A DNA stretch of 63,971 bases, the filler included, from Lenisia limosa (lineage: Eukaryota; Protista; Breviatea), in NCBI GenBank assembly GCA_001655205.1. It is 7 parts of 7 records of this genome, joined end to end, with 100 filler letters (N's around TTAATTAATTAA, not from the genome) between each part and the next. Parts side by side here need not be neighbours in the genome. Positions count along the whole stretch, not along the records: positions 50,406 to 51,935 come from LPNZ01009120.1; positions 52,036 to 62,204 come from LPNZ01011249.1; 5 more parts are not named here. The stretch is one strand, 5' to 3'. Under the pieces are notes generated by a model. It did not search any database. It was not told the DNA's origin and worked only from the letters and a program-made list of their open reading frames with translations. Below, piece after piece: positions 50,430-62,304 of this stretch (position 1 is the first letter of the stretch; every line of letters begins with the position of its first letter). Position numbers and translations under genes: made by a program.

Positions 50430-50595
50430 TGGTTTGGTTTGGTTTGGTTTGGTTTCATGCGTCGTATAAACTGTCCTTCTGGTGTTCAAAAACTACTATC
50501 ACCCCTCTCCCTGTATACCTTGCAGTTTTGAGATTGAATTCTGTGAGCGCAAGAGTCGCAGAAAAGCACACCAGGAAAATGAGGAGTTGCTTCAT
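50430..50595 (-). CDS. Possible first exon of a secreted protein, running off the contig
   Basis: MKQLLIFLVCFSATLALTEFNLKTA followed by a GT donor; signal-peptide-like only. Confidence 0.35.
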
Positions 50596-50689
50596 TTCAG
50601 CTGGTCATTCTTACAAGTCACACATAATAAATGGAAGAAGCTCCAAAAAGGATATGATCATAAATCAGTTTTATGATACAACATTAAGA

Positions 50690-51750
50690 CCTCCAACCTT
50701 TCAATCCAAATCGTCGTCTCTCAATGTCCCATGTGTTTTCTTCCAATGAGAAGGCTTAGGCAAGCAGAAACATTGGAATGATGGCAAGATGTCTGATTGA
50801 TGATATCTTAATACTTATACTATATTTTGTACTTAATACTGTATACACAATATAATTTGTGAAAGGAAAGCGTTAACACTTGTAACACCTGGTTAACACA
50901 CCATGGGCATGGGGTGTATATGGCATTGGGGAAAAGTAGAAAGTAATCAAAGGCAATCATATAAAATATGTGGTGAATTGAGAGTGTTGAGAGAGCTTGA
51001 CACATTGACACAACATTGACACAAAAGAAACTCAGAAAGAGAGAAGGTGAGAGAAAGAAGAGACCTTGACCTACTTGAAAAGAAGGGAATAAGGAGGGTA
51101 GGGAAATCAGAAAATCGTCAAATATCACTTGATCAAGCAAGCGCAATGACCCATCTACTAGGGTTGCTCACCCTGCTCATATGCCTTGGCATAGGGCATA
51201 TGGGTGTTTTGGGAGCACCGTCATCGTGGGTGGGATCGTTATATGAGTCAACGGACAGACAATATCATATCAATCATATCATTTCATATTATGGGTTGCT
51301 GACTAGTTCATCTCATAAGACGGTAATGTTAACAATGAGAAAGGTCTCCAAATGAAACTAAAGAATTCCAACCCAGGATACAACATGTTAAATAAATAGT
51401 TTTAAAAAACAATCAATAAATCAACACCATCGCACAATTTGCCACCACCACGCACAACCGCACTTCCCCGACAGGACGTAAAAAACCCCCTGTACCCATG
51501 TTTAACCTCGTTATAGAATCAGCACCAAGGGCCTTGTGCAATNNNNNNNNNNNNNNNNNNNNNNNNNNNNNNNNNNNNNNNNNNNNNNNNNNNNNNNNNN
51601 NNNNNNNAGCCAAGCCAACCACGCTGCTACTTTCGGAAGTGGGGGGGGGGGTAATTGTAGCTTTATTTGTGCTTTCGTACAGTAAGTCCACTTGGGATAT
51701 GGTCTTATGGCCGACTTTAGAGGCCAAACGATGAGCAAAGGGACTTATCT
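50690..51750 (-). CDS. Possible small multi-exon gene, unknown product
   Basis: GC-richer exon-like blocks (LHKALGADSITRLNMGTGGFLRPVGE; FSLEENTWDIERRRFGLKG) with plausible splice sites; no family recognised. Confidence 0.3.
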
Positions 51751-51979
51751 TCAATCATCACACGAGTGAATATGAGGTATCTTATCACCATGGAAAAGAA
51801 CAGTCAACACGTCCCCCTCCATCTTAAATAACAATTGATTCCATATCTGTATGTACAAACATTTACCCCCTAAACTTAAATACGGTTTTCATTGTATGTT
51901 ATGGTAGTTTGGTCACAACTCCCCCCCCCCCCCCCNNNNNNNNNNNNNNNNNNNNNNNNNNNNNNNNNNNNNNNNNNNN

Positions 51980-51991
51980 TTAATTAATTAA
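51980..51991. other. Artificial contig-joining linker
   Basis: Same N-flanked TTAATTAATTAA. Confidence 0.95.
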
Positions 51992-52090
51992 NNNNNNNNN
52001 NNNNNNNNNNNNNNNNNNNNNNNNNNNNNNNNNNNCAGCTCGAAAAGGGACTCAACTGCATCAACTAAGCAGGGGAAGTGCATGATCTTG

Positions 52091-52400
52091 AGAAATGTTA
52101 AAAGTTGGGCAAATGTATGAACCAAAGATAAAGGAGACATTGGGAGATGTTAAAACTGGGGTGATAGTGGGATATTGCGGTCTTTACGCAGCAAATGTAT
52201 AAGATGAAGGTATGCCAAAGGTGACCTTAAGAGACGTTACAAGTGATGCAAATGCATAAGGACCTTGGGATATGTTAAAACTGGGGAAAATGCATAAGGA
52301 AACCCAGAGAGATGTTAAACCTGGGGTGATAGTGGGATATTGTGGTCGTGATTGTCTTTACGCAGCAAATGCATAAGATGAAGATATGCCAAAGGTGAGG
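52091..52400. repeat. Degenerate tandem array with about 80-90-bp duplication
   Basis: Five sub-units beginning GA(G/T)ATGTTAAA-like; GAGATGTTAAA(A/C)CTGGGGTGATAGTGGGATATTG...GCCAAAGGTGA occurs twice. Confidence 0.75.
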
Positions 52401-53149
52401 ATGGGGTAAATAAAGCTAATTGTATGAAACAGAAACCTCAGAATCAACTCTGTTTACTTAGCATTTGGGAAACACACAAGGGTTGACAAAAAACAAAAAA
52501 ACGCCCATACTCGGAAAATTAGGAAAGGAAAACCTATTCATGTTTTTGTTTTTTGAACAAACCCTACCTGTTCAATCGAATCGAGGGGAGAAAGGTCGGG
52601 ATTCTTCAAATAGTTGCGCACAAACCTAATGGGGTAATTTAAAGACTTCCAATAGAGTTAGGATGGATCGTGGCTGTTTTTTGAAAACAAACGAGGGATA
52701 ATTCGAATGAAAAAACTGAAGTCGGGATTGTTCTACTTTGTACTTCCAGGTTTCAATGCAGCAATTAACTCAGAAATTTTGAACTTTGAAGTGGAATATA
52801 ATTAAATTGTTAAAAAAGACTCCATCTCATATAAAATTCTGGTGAAATATTGATAGTTTTCGGGGATTTATTGAGAAATCCAGTCTTTTTTTTTTTTTTT
52901 TTTTTNNNNNNNNNNNNNNNNNNNNNNNNNNNNNNNNNNNNNNNNNNNNNNNNACACATGAATTAATTACACCAGGTCCTTCAAAACTAGTGTGGAAAAT
53001 AAAATTTGGGAAATAAACTTTGAACTGTGCATTGGAACATACAGTGACCGGGATAAGTTTTGCCGATTTGCTCTGTGAGTTCCCAAGAAAAATAAACCGC
53101 TCTGTGTATTGTTTTTTAAAAACACAATTTCGGATAAATTTCATACTCG

Positions 53150-56100
53150 AGGAGTTGGGGTGCCGAGCTTCCGTGCGGTAATCCTTTTTTCTGCACCTTT
53201 ATCGCCACCTTTACTGTTAATTAAATACATGCATATTGGCATGAGTGAGGGGAAAAACATTGAATATGTCAACCCCTACAAATAAAATGATCCCCCAATT
53301 TGGGCTTCATTTCGGTTCGAAGTAAGACGGAATTTCTCGATAAATGCTCGAAAACTATCTATATTTTACCGGCTTTTTCGAAACGAAGTGAAGCCCAACC
53401 CCTACCTATATTATTGAATATTTACTCCTTCAACTTACAATTTAATAACTAATTCTAACCCCTATATCTCCCCCAACCCCTATACTTTTTATTATTGAAT
53501 ATTACCCACTTGATTTCGAAGAAACTCCTGTTCTGTATCGAAGAGAAGGTAGGGCCAAAGATCCCATACTCCTGCGCTCCTAAAAACGTCAAAATGTAAA
53601 CAAAATTGAGAGCAACAATGAAGGATAAAGCTTCATCCGGGCAAACAAAAAACGCTCTCCAAACATGTCATCAAATTCCAAATAATTCCGTAATTTGTTT
53701 TTTTTTTGAAAAATGAAATCAAGATTTCAGATTTCAGCTGAAAATGGAAGAGAAAACGTGAAAATTTCATCAAATTTTAAATTATTTTAAATTTGACATT
53801 TGAAAATCCTGTGTGCAAACTGTCAAATAAGTATGGGCATTAAATACCTATTTGCCCCTTACATTGCAACCTCCTTGCAATTCGTCACACGCCCAGTCAA
53901 AGCCTCCATATTAAATTCAAATTCTTCTTGTCTTTTAGTGAGTTGGGAGTCGAAGCTATACAGGGTCTCCTGCAATGGTTATTTTGGGGAGAAAAGATTG
54001 AATAGGGCTTCACTTCGGTTCAAAAAAAAAAAACTTTTTTTCGATAAATCTTCGAACACTATCGATATTTTACCGCCTGGTCTTCAATGAAGGCACAGTC
54101 CAACAAGGTATACAATATATAAAAAAAATCTCTCTGGGTATTGGGAAAAGAAATAAATGCATTGTATTACAATAGTATAAAAACCTTACAAAGCAACATA
54201 ATTTAAATGTTTAATAAAAAAAGGAAAATGAAGGAAATAACTAATAATAAAGAGCTCAGTACAATTATTTCCAAATTCTCTAATTGCCCATGAGACCCTC
54301 CCCTTGTCTACCCGACGGTTGGGGACCTCAACAGCTACCATGTTGGAAGAGCACGCGAGTTCCTTTTCTAACTAGCTTAGAACTCTCTTGTCATGCGAAA
54401 ATGTCCCCGTGCTGACCTAATGTTCTGTGGTTAAGATGGGAAGCTGGAATTCATGCGTAGAGGCGACCTTTTTTGTTTCCCACCACCAAACTGATCTTCC
54501 CTTTGTGAAGAAAGCAACCACCCCGGTTTTCCAACTGAGAAATTACTACATCACTGGAGGGGCGAAAGGGGACCTTGTAATTACTTAGGGGACTTTGCAA
54601 TTACTTACTTAGTATAATTTTATTTTATACTTGTTCAAAACAAGTATAAGCAGGATCACCTTTTCTAGGTGTGGTTTGGCTTTGTGTGTTCCTCAGGTAA
54701 TATTGATGTAGCAACCAATTCAACTTGATACACTATTACGATAATTTCAGTAATAGTTGACATCATCAGCACTCCTAAGCTTGCTCATTCAGATGCTTCC
54801 GTACAGGGTATATTTATATTATTTCAGTATTACTCATGAGCATTTTTGAGAGAGGATTTCGTACTTTATCGGGAAAAGCAAATCCTCTAGTCAGACAATA
54901 CACCAAAAAACGGTTTGTAATCACCCGATCTCGAGCCTCTCAAGTTAACACTGGGAAAATGCTGACGTGCCCCCCCCCCCCCNNNNNNNNNNNNNNNNNN
55001 NNNNNNNNNNNNNNNNNNNNNNNNNNNNNNNNNNNNNNNNNNNNNNNNNNNNNNNNNNNNNNNNNNNNNNACTATTTTAGTATTTTGTTTTTTTTTTCCC
55101 TTGGAATTTCTCTACAAGGGATAGAGATTGCCGGATTTTCCAACTTTTGCTTTTCGTCTCTCAAATCGGCTTTTGACTAAGGTGATTCTAATTTTTGAGG
55201 TTCGATAAAATTTTCCTGTTTTTCAATAAATCAAATACAATATCAATTGAAATATTCTTTGTAACTGCAGCGATAAAGGCACAGCTTTTTTTTATCAGAC
55301 AACAATACAAGAGAACCTCATATAACGCAAAAAAATGAAACAACGTACAACAAACAAAACGGTAGGTGCTGAATGTAAATAATATAATTTTGTATAAATA
55401 AACGATTTGTATCATGGTGAAAAAAGTATCAAGATACGGAAGGAAAAAAGGAAAACAAATCACTAACCTTGGCGAAGAGTACATGTGCGTAGAACTGACA
55501 AATGTCATCAACCTGCAGGGCTCGAGTCCAATCATCTACAACAATAACGACAATAAATATATTTATGTATCATATAGAGATGAGAAATTAACAAGAACAG
55601 GAATAGGAGTAGTGACAATATACAAAATTCAAGAAAGATGGACGGAGATGAATAAGTAGAAAAAGTATCATGAATAAAAGAAGAAAAGAACCATTAGAAA
55701 ACAATTGAACCCTGGCAAAGCTCGTGTGATAGCATCTGTACATACACTGACCGTGATAAATCCAAAGAACCTACCTGGGTCCTCAGAGCTCCAGTTCATA
55801 TACAGATCCCCACACTCTCTCTAAGTTTGTCACAAGATAGAAATCAAACAATCAACAGTGGGGCTAGAATTCTGAATCCGGATCCTCAATCCCAGCGGAT
55901 TCTAAAACAGGATCCGGATACCTTGACTAACCCCATCACTACACAACGGCGCATTGGATTGGGATTCCAATGCAGTATTTGGGAATCACATAAACTTCTT
56001 CAGATGTCAATAAATTATCTGGGATATACTCGTAAAAACAAAATGGGAATCCCAACTTTTCCATAATAATCCTAAATCAATGCGCCGTAGTGTAGGTGGT

Positions 56101-59100
56101 CTGAAACTGTCCGAAAAGAACAGGTTTCATTTAAATCAATTATTTTATTGTCCAAAGGGAAGACCTATACAGGACCTGATTCGTACCTCTCCAATGTCTT
56201 GGCAAATGACATGAAAAACTTCATAACTTGAGAGTTCTAAAGAATAAACCACAATAAAACCTCGGAGTGGAAGGATTATTTCATGGATTTGAGGCACATA
56301 TTTTGGTGATTTTGGCAATAAAATAAGCAAATTTCATGAATTTGGTGCTCGATTAAGAAAAAGTAAATGTTAAGAACAACTTGAGCTGGACCACAGAAAC
56401 AAAAAAAAAAATATCAATCACAGATTTGTAAGGGGAATGATTGGGTGAATAAATATCAATACCTCTTCCCAACAAAAATCAACCCCCCACGTGAATAAGA
56501 GAAATAGGAAATTAGGTCGCCTACCAGTTAGCGCTGCAATAACCTCCGGAAGTGTAGCATTGTTGTGCTCAAGTGGAACTTCACGTTTCTTTTTTGCCGT
56601 CTAAAAAAGTGTTATTTTGAGAAAAGCCATAGTGTATAACTAATATGATATCATATGCAATGTATATTGTAGGTAATTATCATTTATATTTCACATCTCT
56701 ACATATTAAGTTAGTAATGGAACATAGTATAGTATATCATAAATGATAGTAATGGAACATAGTAAAGTATATCAAAGAATTGTTAGATCTGGCAGAAGCC
56801 GTCCCATCATCACGCTTATTAGAAAAATTAGATTCTGGTACAATATTAATACACTCAATCATTTGTCTTACAATAATACTAATTCACCTAATCACTTGCC
56901 TACCTCAACTTTGTGCACACAGCGTTCTGTGTGCCTCCCCAACATACTCATAATAATACACCATCATCATATTATGTCATAACATAACGAAGTACCTAAT
57001 TACAGTATGTGTCAATAAAGAACACCGTTGTATATGATATGATATAATTTTGAAAAATGAACACTATGTGAAATGTATATATTGATCCAAATAATTATAC
57101 TATTATTAACTACTAGTATTATATCAGCATCACATTAGAAATGACTACCTTTGGGATTACTCGGGGGCAAAAGTAGCTTGCGATACTCCTACGGAAATCC
57201 TCAATAGAACAATTTCCTATTGATGCCAGGGTTGTCATCTCCAGAAGCAAAATAATTCTAAACGGTGAGTAAATATATATATAATATAAATATATGTATG
57301 TATCTCTAGAATATTTGTTTCTTCAGAGAAAATGTACAGATGTTCATGGAGGATTTCAAAAAAAAAGTCCCGTCGTTTACCTTAGTGCCAAGACTTGGCT
57401 AAATGTATCGAAGTCATTGTATTTCTCCAATCTATGAAGCTGGTGAGATTTCATGGGTGAAATAGGCATATAATTAGGATTCTGTGTAATTAATTGAGAA
57501 ATAAATTTTGAATTTTGAAGTCTCCATTTCAGACACTTTAATATCAAATTTTGTAGATTAATTGCAAAAAAATAAACGGCATGAGTCCTCCTTCATATAA
57601 TCATGTTCACCCAACATACTGGTGTGCAGGGTCCTCCAGAAGAATTTCCGTTTTGGGAGGTGGGGACCGGGGAGGCTCTGAATAGAATATTATTTGTTGT
57701 CGGGTGCCAAATTTTGATCACCAACATTTTATTGTCATCCTAAGACAAGAAGAGTACAATATTGAATATAAAATACAATAAAGACAAATAACTGTGAAGC
57801 AGTCAAAATGGGACACTTTTACTTGAAAGTCAGTCATATGATCATATCTTTTGTGGATATGGGTTAAAATAATGGTGGGTTTGTGTATAATAGAAAGTGG
57901 GTGCCCCCCCCCCCCCNNNNNNNNNNNNNNNNNNNNNNNNNNNNNNNNNNNNNNNNNNNNNNNNNNNNNNNNNNNNNNNCAAATATCGATTTTTATCGAG
58001 GATTTTTCGAGGATTTATCGAGAATTTATCAAGGATTTATCGAGGGTTTATCGAGGGTTTATCAAGGATTTATCTACCGAGTTACCGAGAAATTCAGTCA
58101 CTTTCGGACCGCAGTGATGCCCCCTCTCCTCTCAATAAGGCAAAACACAATACGCCTCTCCCCAAGATAAAACAATACGCCCCTTCTCCAATAGGGCTTC
58201 TCTTCTGTCTGAAAAAGACCGGTAAAATATCGTGGAATTATCAAGGGTTTTACAAGGATTTATCGAGAATCATACCACCATCAAAATTCACACCAAAATC
58301 ACACTAATTCCCCCCCTACCAGCAGCATCAGAATCAAAGAAGTTGGAAGCGCATTGCTGACTGTTTTTCGTCTTGTTTGGCTGATCGTCTGTTTGGTCTT
58401 TTTGTGGCTCGTCCAAGATCACATCCTCTTGTGTCTGTGAGAATTAAAGCAGAAAATATATGTATTATGTAATATATTCAGATATAATTAGATATTAAAG
58501 CAGATATTTACTAAAGCAGGTATAGTTCATAAAAAAGGATATTGAAAAAGGACACAAATAGTAATAAAGCAGGTCATAGACCATTTCCTTCATCTCTACC
58601 CATTCTCCCTCAATTCAACAATCTAACACTAACCCTCCACCCCACGACAAGAGCGGAGACAGCAGGCCCAGCAGCATTTTCAGAAGGAGAAACCTGTTCA
58701 TCCTTCTGCTTCGATTAGTTTGTTGAAATGAGAAATAAAACAAGGTGGTACGAAGTGTGGATGAAAATTTACCTTATTAATATGTAATTAAAAGGTAATA
58801 AAATTCCAATGATACCAAAGCCGTCCACACCATCACGAATATATCCATGTTGCAGAGCTAGCAGAGCAATGCATCTTTTATGTGTTATACAAACAATTAA
58901 TTTCTTCAAAAAAATTATTTGCACGGAGTCCTACTTACGTGTAACAAAGCTCAGTTACCCCCCCCCCTCTATGAAATTAAATTCAAGAAGTCTATGAAGC
59001 CAGATATTGTTTAGTGCATAGTATTTAAAACAATAAAATCTTCCGTCAAAAAGCCGTTACTAACCTTGATTGGAACCTGAGGTACTTCGGGAACTATGTT

Positions 59101-61420
59101 GAGTGGGAAATCAAGAACTACGTTGATTCGAAGATCCATGCTATAGAAAGATTAGACATAAACAAGAGATGGAGGGTTTATTCTAAAAAGATGAGGCATA
59201 ATAAATAGATGTAATTTGAGACGGAGAAAAAGATGAGGCATAATAGATAGATGAAATTTGAGACAGAGAAAAAGAGAGACGGAGTCAAACTACATATAAT
59301 CTGCTTTGAACACAAGAGCTTCGCCTCCGAATGCTAACTAGTCCATACCAATAATAACAGAGCTCGTCCGAAAAAGACCGATAAAATATCGAGGATTTAT
59401 CGAGGATTTATTGAGAAATGTATATTTTGTGACTGTACGGTACTACTACCAATAAAATACTCGAATAGTATTAACCTACATACACAGTATATGATATGTA
59501 TTATTTATTTGTTTCCCAGATTTGTAATTAGGGCTTCACTTCGGTCCGAAAAATGACTGAATTTTTCGATAAAGCATCCATAAATATCGATATTTATTCA
59601 GTCTTTTTAGAACCGAAGAGAAGCCCTATTTGTTATGCTTTTTATTTCTCTTGCCCCAACGAAGAATAGTCACAATATACACATCCCACAAACACTCGTT
59701 TCAACACGGTCTTGAAGTATTCTTTAGTCCGCACAAAGACTTCATACTGTGATTCCTTGTAAGGAACGCACTAGATTCCAGTGAAACATAGGGTGGGAAA
59801 ACCCGGGAAAATATCGATAGTTTTCGAGGATTATGTAAAAATTCAGTTTTTTTTTCGAACCGAAATGAAGCCCTAGTGGGAATTAAACCATAATGTACTT
59901 GGAAGAATTAGATNNNNNNNNNNNNNNNNNNNNNNNNNNNNNNNNNNNNNNNNNNNNNNNNNNNNNNNNNNNNNNNNNNNNNNNNNNNNNNNNNNNNNNN
60001 NNNNNNNNNNNNNNNNNNNNTCAATGCTTCACTCCAGTACGAAAAAGATCGGTAAAATATCGAAATATACAGGGACTGGATAAGTCTTGACCGATTTTCC
60101 TTGAGAAATCAGAGAGAAAACGGTCAAGACTTTTCTGGATCAGAGTGAAGCCCAACTTCTTTCTCGTGAAAGAACCACACAAACTTCGATAATGATCGAA
60201 ATATTTCGATGGTTGATTGGTCTTTTTATGGAGTTAAACCCTAGCAAGAATAATATTATCTCGCAAAACAGCCCCACAAACTTTGATCTCGTTGCGATCC
60301 TGTTTGCATCCGTTACAAGTTTCCTGAAGTGTCAAAAAGAGAGTTAAATTTCGGTTCCAAAAAGGACCAGATTGTCGAAAAACTTCGAATAATACTAAAG
60401 CTTCACTTTCGGTTCCAAAAAGACTGAATCCTCGATAAATCCTCGATAAATATCGATACTGTTCTGGTCTTTTGGAACCTAAAGTGAAGCTCCAGAAAAT
60501 ACATCTGAGTTCGCATGTATGTTGTCCATTCTGAATAATTTCATCACATTTCACAAAAATTTAACACATCATTGCATTTATTCAATCATACTTAGAACGA
60601 AATAAAGTTATCCAAAAGGTGGGAAAGAATCGAACCGAGTCCGTGTATCTTCAGGATAGGGAAAAAAAAAAAAAAAAAANNNNNNNNNNNNNNNNNNNNN
60701 NNNNNNNNNNNNNNNNNNNNNNNNNNNNNNNNNNNNNNNNNNNNNNAGAAGAATCCCTTGCTGAGACAATTTGTGCAAAGGAAGAGGTCTGCCCTGGAAT
60801 CCATTTTTCTCTGAAGTATGTCTGCGAAGCGCGGAGGAAGGTCTGGACATATGAATATGAATTTTTAGAGACAGATGTTGACCATGCCATGACGCTTAAG
60901 AGATATTGGATAATAGTACCTGGCCGAAGCAGTTGGATAATAGGTTTATTTCAGATATACTTACCTGGGCAGATCGGACATTGTTGTAAGACGAGGGGCG
61001 GTGGAGGGACTTCCTTGAAGTCTTTCTCCATTGCTTGTGCAGATGGTTTTGAGTTGTTTTGTGATGAACTGAACTCAAAAAAAGATCTGGTGTTCTCGAG
61101 TGTTTTCTTGCGTTTTATTATATTCTGCGGTTGTTATCAATTAATTAATAATTCTGTTCGGTATGTTATTTTAGTGTCTTTATGTCTCTGGGGGGTTTTT
61201 TTCTTCTGGTGTTTATTCCCGATCCGCCGCCGGGTCCTCCCGGCCGCAGACAATGCCCGCAGACGAACAAGGAAGGAGTTCAAGTAATTGTGCGTAAATT
61301 TTGGGGATACACTATTTTCAGTGGAATGCTCTTCACCCAAAATTTGCATGTTCCCCGACCTGGATTCTTTTCGACTCGACCGTGGTCGGTCCGTAGAAAC
61401 GTAGAAACTCCCTCCCTTCA
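53150..61420 (-). CDS. One or more uncharacterised multi-exon genes
   Basis: Many short GC-richer blocks bounded by minus-strand AG/GT (e.g. ETLYSFDSQLTKRQEEFEFNMEALTGR; VDDICQFYAHVLFAK; MDLRINVVLDFPLNIVPEVPQVPIK; LAFGGEALVFKADY). No domain called with confidence. Confidence 0.5.
53302..53396. mobile_element. MITE family A full-length copy
   Basis: GGGCTTCATTTCGGTTCGAA...TTCGAAACGAAGTGAAGCCC. Confidence 0.85.
54005..54075. mobile_element. MITE family A, truncated
   Basis: TA|GGGCTTCACTTCGGTTCAAAAA...TCGATAAATCTTCGAACACTATCGATATTTTACC. Confidence 0.7.
56713..56780. repeat. 35-bp tandem duplication
   Basis: AGTAATGGAACATAGTA(T/A)AGTATATCA x2. Confidence 0.8.
57995..58071 (+). repeat. 11-bp minisatellite, 7 units of ATCGAGGATTT-like sequence
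   Basis: Directly visible; the unit equals the internal core of MITE family A. Confidence 0.85.
58193..58270. mobile_element. MITE family A, degenerate
   Basis: TA|GGGCTTCTCTTC...AAAAAGACCGGTAAAATATCG...GGATTTATCGAGAA. Confidence 0.6.
59187..59268. repeat. 41-bp tandem duplication
   Basis: AAAAGATGAGGCATAATA(A/G)ATAGATG(T/A)AATTTGAGAC(G/A)GAG x2. Confidence 0.8.
59531..59626. mobile_element. MITE family A full-length copy
   Basis: TA|GGGCTTCACTTCGGTCCGAAAAA...TTTTTAGAACCGAAGAGAAGCCC|TA, 96 bp. Confidence 0.85.
59795..59873. mobile_element. MITE family A, right part
   Basis: AATATCGATAGTTTTCGAGGATT...TTTTTCGAACCGAAATGAAGCCC|TA. Confidence 0.7.
60026..60153. mobile_element. MITE family A-related, longer variant
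   Basis: GCTTCACTC...AAAAAGATCGGTAAAATATCG...GAGTGAAGCCC. Confidence 0.55.
60398..60491. mobile_element. MITE family A copy
   Basis: AAGCTTCACTTTCGGTTCCAAAAAGAC...TTTTGGAACCTAAAGTGAAGCT. Confidence 0.75.
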
Positions 61421-61816
61421 TTTCAGGTTGGACCTGGGAATTTGCATTGCGCAGAATACAATTTGTTAAAGACAAAAGCTGATAACCGTAGCGGGTTGTT
61501 TTTCTTTTTCTGTCATGGTACATTGGTACATACTACAAGAATACCCCATGGAATATTGGAATTTTTGCAATTGTTAGCGAAGAAGAATCTTGACGTGTAT
61601 GACCTAGAGTAAAAATATCGTACCAATATCATATCGTACCCACACCGAAAAGAGACGCCTGTTGTGAAAAAAGAGAATAAATAATAATACCATACAACGG
61701 AAGAAATGGAATTGGCACACAGGAAAAAATAAAAAAGAGAAAATTAACAAAAGGGGCACGTTCGTTCGTGATACTATTAGGAACGCATATTCCCAGATAA
61801 TCTAGATGATTCGGTT

Positions 61817-62100
61817 CTAGGTATTCATGGCTTCAAAGTAGACTGCTAGTGCTTCCCTCATCATTGATTGTTGCGCTGAGGAGAAGGGGTCAGAAAACAA
61901 AAACAAAAAACTCTGTTGGCTCGATTTGTGAAACGTAGATATCCTCATATCAAGATTATTAGAATAGCTCTACTAATATCCACGCACCAAGATTATTAGA
62001 ATGCTTGAATCGAGCCTTGGCATCAGATGGAAGCAGCTGGACAATTTGGGAATAGTCCGAGCCAGCCAAGTTGGTTTGGCCTGAGTTTTCATAGAGCTGG
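61817..62100 (-). CDS. 3' exons of an unknown gene
   Basis: LYENSGQTNLAGSDYSQIVQLLPSDAKARFK and QQSMMREALAVYFEAMNT*. Confidence 0.35.
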
Positions 62101-62228
62101 AAAACGTCAGAACCCAAAAAAAGAAAAAAGAAAAAAAGAAAATCACAAATAAAGACAATATAATAAAATAATAATAACAGAAAATAATACCAAGCAAATG
62201 GGTANNNNNNNNNNNNNNNNNNNNNNNN

Positions 62229-62240
62229 NNNNNNNNNNNN
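62229..62240. other. Artificial contig-joining linker
   Basis: Same N-flanked TTAATTAATTAA. Confidence 0.95.
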
Positions 62241-62304
62241 NNNNNNNNTTAATTAATTAANNNNNNNNNNNNNNNNNNNNNNNNNNNNNNNNNNNNNNNN
62301 NNNN

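Noticed and set aside
29921-50455. Microsatellites (AACTG)n at 29921-29944 and (GTTTT/GGTTT)n at 50406-50455
   Set aside because: Ordinary simple repeats in introns or contig ends; too short and irregular for telomeres.
57995-58071. CRISPR-like repeat array
   Set aside because: Contiguous 11-bp units with no unique spacers, in a eukaryotic intron and with no cas genes.
58810-59350. Protein kinase domain (LAFGGEALVFKADY, VTELCY)
   Set aside because: No VAxK, HRD or DFG motifs found in order; insufficient support.
29318-62240. Six identical TTAATTAATTAA palindromes, which could look like a regulatory or recombination motif
   Set aside because: Always embedded in about 100 N and gives stops in all six frames; this is a contig-concatenation linker.
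29274-62304. Apparent signalling cluster (RasGAP next to RhoGAP, adhesin next to CFAP61)
   Set aside because: These neighbours are separated by artificial linkers, so adjacency is not real synteny.
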